64,000 nt of DNA, taken from Eledone cirrhosa (Eukaryota). The DNA is taken from NCBI GenBank assembly GCA_964016885.1, contig OZ024742.1, forward strand, positions 62,620,001 through 62,684,000, in the 5' to 3' direction. The position numbers were made by a program, and so were the translations under genes. The notes below the pieces were generated by a model. That model was given only the letters and a program-made list of their open reading frames with translations. It was not told the DNA's origin and did not search any database. This document shows, piece after piece, positions 59,001 to 64,000 of this stretch (within the stretch, counting starts at the first letter, position 1; each line of letters starts with the position of its first letter).

Positions 59001-60630
59001 CATCTACAACTAGATTTAGGATGTCAACCGAATCTTGTCCTAGCCCGTCAGCATTCATCTCCTCAGTGGCCGTATCTCTGTTCCAGGTATTATTTATCTC
59101 AGTATTCAGATCATTGTCTGCTTCGGGTGGTTCCTCCGTTCTCAGGACCTCCTCACCTTCATTTCCCACCGGCTCGCTTGTCTGGCATACTACACCCGCC
59201 ATCTCCAAGCCATTCTCTCTGCTCAGTTCCTCCAGTTCCAGCTCGCTTATCCACCCATTAGTTCTTATTACCCGAGCCTGCCCGGCCAATTTTTGTTCAT
59301 CTAATTTAAATAAACCAATCTCGTTCCAGATGTTATGCATCCGTCTCCTGTAGCCCCTCTCCTTGGGGTTACTTTTCAGGTAGCATTGCATAACAGTTCT
59401 ATTCAATTCTTTCGTCCAGTTGGTTCTGGCCCCTTTCCTTCTTCTTCTTCCTCCAACATCAGCAGTATTTGGTTGACAGTCAGGTTCCTGCTGCTGAGCC
59501 AGGGGGCACCTGTTGGGTGAGAGTCTGTCACATGACGTTCTAGTCTCCATTTCACCGTTATTCGAACTGTTTATGTTCGATATTTAAACACTCTTATCGA
59601 GGATTGGCGAATGTATGTTTACATAGCCATCTGTGGATCCGCCATCCCACTTGGCCCTTGTGTGGCATTATCACCACGCTGTATACGAACACACATAAAC
59701 AGACAAACACACGGGCAGAAAGGGCCCCAAAAATGAATAAGCATAAGTTTCATTGTAATGTAGTATTCGAATGTCTGACTTAGTTTTTGTTTTTTAAGTT
59801 TTACTTTTTCCCCCCTCTTCTCTGTCCGTCCGCCTGCTTCTCTCTTCATTCTTATTTTCTTTACGTTTTTGGGGTTTCTTTTTTTGTTTTTGTTTTTCTC
59901 TGTTTGATTTTCTCGTTTTTTGCTGTTGTTGCTGTGCTGCTTTGGTTTTGTTGTTTGTTTTTTCTTTTTTCTTTTGAGTCTATCTATATATTTTGATGCC
60001 TTCCTCTTTGTTAGTAGTAGGGATTCTATAATGTGGAAGTAGTAGCAGCCAGCAGGGAGAAGTGGGAGAGGGCGGCGTTGGCGATACTGAGACAGTGGTG
60101 GTGGTGATGTCGATACCGAGGCAGTGGTGGCGGTGATGCGACCGTATTACTGTAGTGATGGTGCTGTAGCGGTGGCAGCAGCAGTGAAGGAGTCAAGGGG
60201 TGGTGGCGGCGGTGATGGGATAGTGGTGGTAATGATGGCCGTAGTGAGCGGTGGCGGTGAAGGTGAAAATGCTGTTGTGTTTAGTGTACACAGATGATGG
60301 GGTGGGTGGTGTATCTAGTTTCTGGTGTTGGTGAGTTTAGCTGTCCTATATAGTGTAGCCAGAGGAGAGGAGGGGGGGGGGGGGTTCTTCTTCTTCCATT
60401 TATAGCCATTTTTTTTTGGGATATACAGTGTACAATACAAAGTTGAATATTTGAATATTTGAGCCTTATAACAATATATTTTGGGTCCGAATTTTTTGGG
60501 GCTCAAGCCGGGTGCTTTACGTGGCATTTGTACTAAGAGTTGTTATTTCACAAATGATTTAAATATGTTAAAAATTCAAAACTTACGGGAGCGATTTCAT
60601 GACCTCCGTCACCTCGTGCGTCTTCTTCCC
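56060..60630 (-). mobile_element. Probable full-length R4/Dong-like element between (TAA)n tracts
   Basis: Short 3' UTR ends in (TAA)n-like sequence at 56057-56082; (TTA)n at 60631-60699 bounds a putative 5' UTR of about 1 kb. Confidence 0.7.
56158..59550 (-). CDS. Intact 1130-aa R4/Dong-like LINE ORF (RT, CCHC, REL endonuclease)
   Basis: KSPGPDG, NYRPITCL, IDYRKAFD, GIFQGDSLSPL, LLFMDDLKL, YKYLG, CRICG..H...EC, RHD, RPDLVVVD..DVACP; no stops. Confidence 0.95.
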   Translation of the reverse strand: METRTSCDRLSPNRCPLAQQQEPDCQPNTADVGGRRRRKGARTNWTKELNRTVMQCYLKSNPKERGYRRRMHNIWNEIGLFKLDEQKLAGQARVIRTNGWISELELEELSRENGLEMAGVVCQTSEPVGNEGEEVLRTEEPPEADNDLNTEINNTWNRDTATEEMNADGLGQDSVDILNLVVDELNNDSGRPMNLRFVDRKKLKETTAKVNKVIPYLEARSLHQCNNILKATANTVRKLLGIKARGNNRQERAEPWWKKRLSGQIGEMRNDIGKLESLLNGTLKNIGTKNRLEIKYKTRSKKLNIIIEELKQRIVAKSAKIRRYENRVSQYKQNRMFDNNQKMLFGQLEGKERGNHLIPGAEQAKTFWRGIWEQDVRHNAQAGWIETVQREIGEKAQQQTDLSITVETLKGQAKKLTNWKSPGPDGVQGYWIKHLTSLHPKLTAMFNDCLVSGEVPEWLTKGTTVLIMKDRIKGNDVTNYRPITCLPVMWKLLTSIVSEEIYHHLHTNNLLPDEQKGCRKKSRGTKDQLLIDKMVMGNCRRRHTDLAMGWIDYRKAFDMVPHSWITKSLEVFRVADNIRQLLGRSMGSWETELTSTGVSLGSVKIKRGIFQGDSLSPLLFVLALMPLTIMLRKVRAGYKLGRGELTINHLLFMDDLKLFGKSEKELDVLVDTVRIFSSDICMQFGIGKCGVIVMKRGRLSRSNGIQIPTGEMIKEIDSEEGYKYLGVLEADGIKNKKMKELLRTEYIRRVRSVLKSHLNSRNAISAVNSRAVSIIRYSAGILRWNVAEQKEMDRKTRKLLTIYNMFHKRSDVDRLYLRRSEGGRGLISIEDCVQMEKNNLYKYVTYSKEPMLRTVLKEGTVGQGMSKEEITSRRKSSLKGKSLHSTFFEKTEFRDPQTWNWLRRGDLKKATEGMLMAAQEQALKTKWLKHHIYKEEASPLCRICGEREETVAHIVSECKHLAQTHYKGWRHDVMGRVIHWHLCKVNNLPHSEKWYEHRPEAVMENSQVKVLWDFRIQTDKKLEHNRPDLVVVDKEKRSCLIVDVACPFDTRVQEKEREKINRYQDLKWEVKRIWNCHEVKVIPIVIGALGTISKGFQGWLKKIGPFTLFGTLQKACLLGTARTLRYVLNI

Positions 60631-60699
<69 letters not shown>

Positions 60700-60702
<3 letters not shown>

Positions 60703-61440
60703 GCGACCTACGTAAGGAATCGTATTATCGTGAGCTCCGCAAAAGTTTGTTGTTTTCAGTTGTTTCAAATTGCCAGTTATGGAAAATTTTTGTTGTTAAG
60801 TGTTTATAAGTTCACACATATTGCTTTCTGAGGAGGACACAAAAAATATTGGGGCCTTGAGCCCAAAACTTAAACTTTTTATTTGTCAAACAAAATATTT
60901 CTTTGAAAAAAAAACATGGACGAAATTTACTGTTTTTAACAGACCAACAACCCCTTCCCCCACCACCACCAACACCAAAACCATAGTAAGCCTTGCTACG
61001 GTTGCCAACACTGAAAATATAATTAGTAGCAGTCTAAATTATTTAGAATTGACGCATAAAGACATAGATTTCCCGCCATTACCAATAACTGCAGGTGTTG
61101 AAGCCGCCACCCCCCACCACTACAATGTCAAAAATAACAATGAACACCACTGATACCACTACCACCACCACGACCACCACCACAGTGACACCAGAAACCC
61201 CAAAAAATAAATTATTATCTTGTGTCATCAAAATGGATTCACCCAGAAATCGACTCTTCCACGCCGAACACCACTGACACCACCACCACCTCCACCACAA
61301 CTGAAACTAAAAATTAACAATAACAACAGCAACAACAACAATGAGAATAACAACAACAACATCAACACCACCGCAAAACAAAATGTGTCGTTTGCCAAAG
61401 CAGCCAGAAAAGCGAAACAATCGAGGTAAGCCAGGATGAA
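60700..61440 (+). mobile_element. Possible 5' end/ORF1 start of an L1/Tx1-type element
   Basis: Starts right after (TTA)n; low-complexity T/N/P-rich frames with IDFPPLP and SFAKAA motifs reminiscent of ORF1 N-termini. Confidence 0.35.
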
Positions 61441-61449
61441 TTAAATGAA

Positions 61450-61986
61450 GCGTAGCGAGAGTACATTATCAGGGTTAAGAGGTTGCTGTCTTCTAATTGT
61501 TATTTAAGTTTATTGTCCCACCATACCATTAATAGGTTAGCTATGTCACCTGCAATGCTAACACCAATGGCTGCTCCCTCCTCTTGGGCATATGTTTTTC
61601 CATTAAATTTGAACTTATGTTCCTTAAGGGTTAGTTTTATACTGGCCCCCACCGCATCTGCAATCATTTTCTTTAGTTCATCATGGTTTTTCGGGGGTCC
61701 GTATGGCTCTAGTCCACCCGTTCCATCTTTCTGTGTGGGTTTTCTTGGTCATTGAGGTAATGGTAGGTGGTCTGCCTCTTACTGGCCTTGTGGGGCAGAG
61801 GTTGCTAAGGTCATACGTATCTAGATAATCATTACTATAAGTAAGTTTAAGTAGGAATCCCAGCTCACTGGTATCAATCCCACGGAATTCAACATTGCTC
61901 TCACTGATCATTTCTACGCATTTCTCCACAGCAAAATCCACATCAATGGATGGGTATAGGGACACAACATCCATACTACCTATTAT
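61450..61986 (-). pseudogene. PLE RT core fragment
   Basis: IIGSMDVVSLYPSI..(frameshift)..HKFKFNGKTYAQEEGAAIGVSIAGDIANLLMVWWD..YSRY. Confidence 0.85.
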
Positions 61987-62354
61987 GTAAATAAACAAAT
62001 AAATAAACAAATAAAAACACACACTGACACCCAGATGCAAACTAAGCACACAACATACACAAAAACAAGATGGCGTAGGACAGAACAAAGGACAAGCACA
62101 AAACAAAGAGAAGAATCCCTGTCACTGAAGAGGTCACAGAATGTGTGACGAAAGAACTTTGACAATATATGAACAACCGTCCGGTTGTGGAACCAACCAA
62201 CCAATCGGAAATTTATAAATTTAATTTATAATAAATTGGAGTGAAAGCAACTGGTGCGTGTGTTTCTTATTGGCAACATGACCCTCCCAAAGTATAACAA
62301 TATCGGTTTCAACACACGTTTTCAGATAAAGAATCTTGCTAACAAATTCAGAAA

Positions 62355-62357
<3 letters not shown>
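61984..62357 (+). repeat. PLE pseudo-LTR tail, inverted relative to the RT fragment
   Basis: Ends in MTLPKYNNIGFNTRFQIKNLANK, homologous to the tail at 19260-19340; shares aaccaaccaa. Confidence 0.75.
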
Positions 62358-62432
<75 letters not shown>

Positions 62433-62519
62433 GGGGGGGGGTCTGATGGTAGCTAAGATGCTTCCATAGGCGGTATGCTGGTTGAGCACTCTATGCTCTT
62501 ACGGAGAAGAGTATGATAT

Positions 62520-62890
62520 AATAGAAAACGAAAAATCAGTGATGCATCTGAACTCAATTTATTGTGTTACAATTGTTTCGCCGGCGGACAGCTCGAGACG
62601 CGATCATTGTGTGGATCTGTCTGATTCTGGACCCGCAGGTTGGACGGACACGTCTAATGATTTCGGAGCATATTCTCTCACTGGGGTATCTGACCCTCTA
62701 GGCCAGTGCCGTCAAAAAACTACATCCTCTTCGCGCGCCCTGTGAGTGGCCGCTGGTTGTCTACGTCATCATAATTCTGACCACAGGTACCAGTCCGCTG
62801 ACCATCAGGGCGTTGTCTGTCCCATGTCTGCTACACTTCAATAAATCACTGCTGTATTTGGTAGTCCACACATCCACGCGCGCACTCACA

Positions 62891-62941
<51 letters not shown>

Positions 62942-63860
62942 ACATAGATAACGACAGTCGTACGCATAGACGCCCGCTGTACACACACATTTAAGAACAT
63001 ATAAACATATAAACATACGCATACATGCATCCAGAGAGGCACGTACATACACAAACACATGCCCACATGCCCATATATATCTCAACATACACACACATCT
63101 GTGCATACACATGCATACACGTATATATACCCGTACACACAAACACGTACAGACATATACATAGACGCCCCTCCACCCACGCACACACAGGTATACACGT
63201 ACCCATATACACACACAGATACACACTCGCTCGCAAACACATATATATACACACAAACAAGCCCTTTCCTTACACTGGTGCTTGTACACACACACTGGCT
63301 CATATACACTCTTACAAATATGCGCATATTCATATACACATAAAAATAATATACACACAAAGTCATATAAAGATACACAATGGGTCATACATGAAAGGAT
63401 GCATCTTGTTATAAATATATACATATATAAAAAATACATACATACACACACATATATATATATATATATATATTATAAAGAAAACGAAAAATCAGTGATG
63501 CATCTGGACTTAGTTTATTTCGTGTTACAAATGTTTCGCCGGCATGTAGCTCGAGTCATGGTCCTTGTATGGATCTGGCTGATTCTACTTCTGCGGGTTC
63601 TTTCAGACACGGGTGTTATGTCCGGAGCAAATTTTATCAATGGGGTGTTATCATCAAAACAACACCCTCAAAAAACCCTCTATCCACTCTTGTCATGCCA
63701 TTGGCTGTTTTTACTCCACGTCATCACAAGTTCTGGTCAGTATCTGCTGCCACACGGTTCATCAACCATTTTCCGTCCGACGCATTTCAATGGAGTCATG
63801 CTGAGTTCAGTACTTCACACGTCTTGTCACACTTCAGGGTAAGCACCCACACATACTAGA
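62520..63860 (-). repeat. Two diverged pseudo-LTR-like 3' ends (about 62520-62830 and 63478-63860)
   Basis: Shared gaaaacgaaaaatcagtgatgcatctg..tttatt..tgttacaa.tgtttcgccggc; minus strand reads GAAAC aatt GTA..AATAAA. Confidence 0.6.
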
Positions 63861-64000
63861 ATAAACACATAATAACACACATATTGAGACACATACCTAT
63901 CTATGCATTCACACACGTACGTCTACATGCGTTTATATTATAATGAGGCACTGCGCAGGGCCGGTTACAAAGACATCATAGTATATACCCCAGATAGAGT

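Overview
AT-rich, microsatellite-laden eukaryotic DNA, most likely from an octopod cephalopod (inferred from two copies of a SINE resembling the common Octopus family). About 1-28.5 kb and 45.1-64 kb are nests of retroelements inserted into (TA)n and (TTA)n tracts. They include several Penelope-like element (PLE) families with pseudo-LTRs and hammerhead ribozymes (HHR), an RTE LINE, a Tx1/L1 LINE and an R4/Dong-like LINE with an intact 1130-aa ORF. Between the nests lie minus-strand exons of an uncharacterised secreted protein (signal peptide + PAN/Apple-like domain + Trp/Cys-rich domain). Its 3' exons lie upstream of its 5' exons, which implies tandem paralogues. The most striking system is a pair of non-coding 468-nt and 430-nt monomers, repeated head-to-tail and inverted (9426-10992 and 25451-26797). 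Each full monomer carries one type I hammerhead with an intact core. The two divergent families share a GAAACGAAAT palindrome and an ATGCAAAT motif upstream of the ribozyme, so they look like retrozyme or circular-RNA-derived passengers of the PLE machinery. Most ORFs in the supplied track are microsatellite artefacts. Element boundaries were placed by eye and are approximate; no database search was run.
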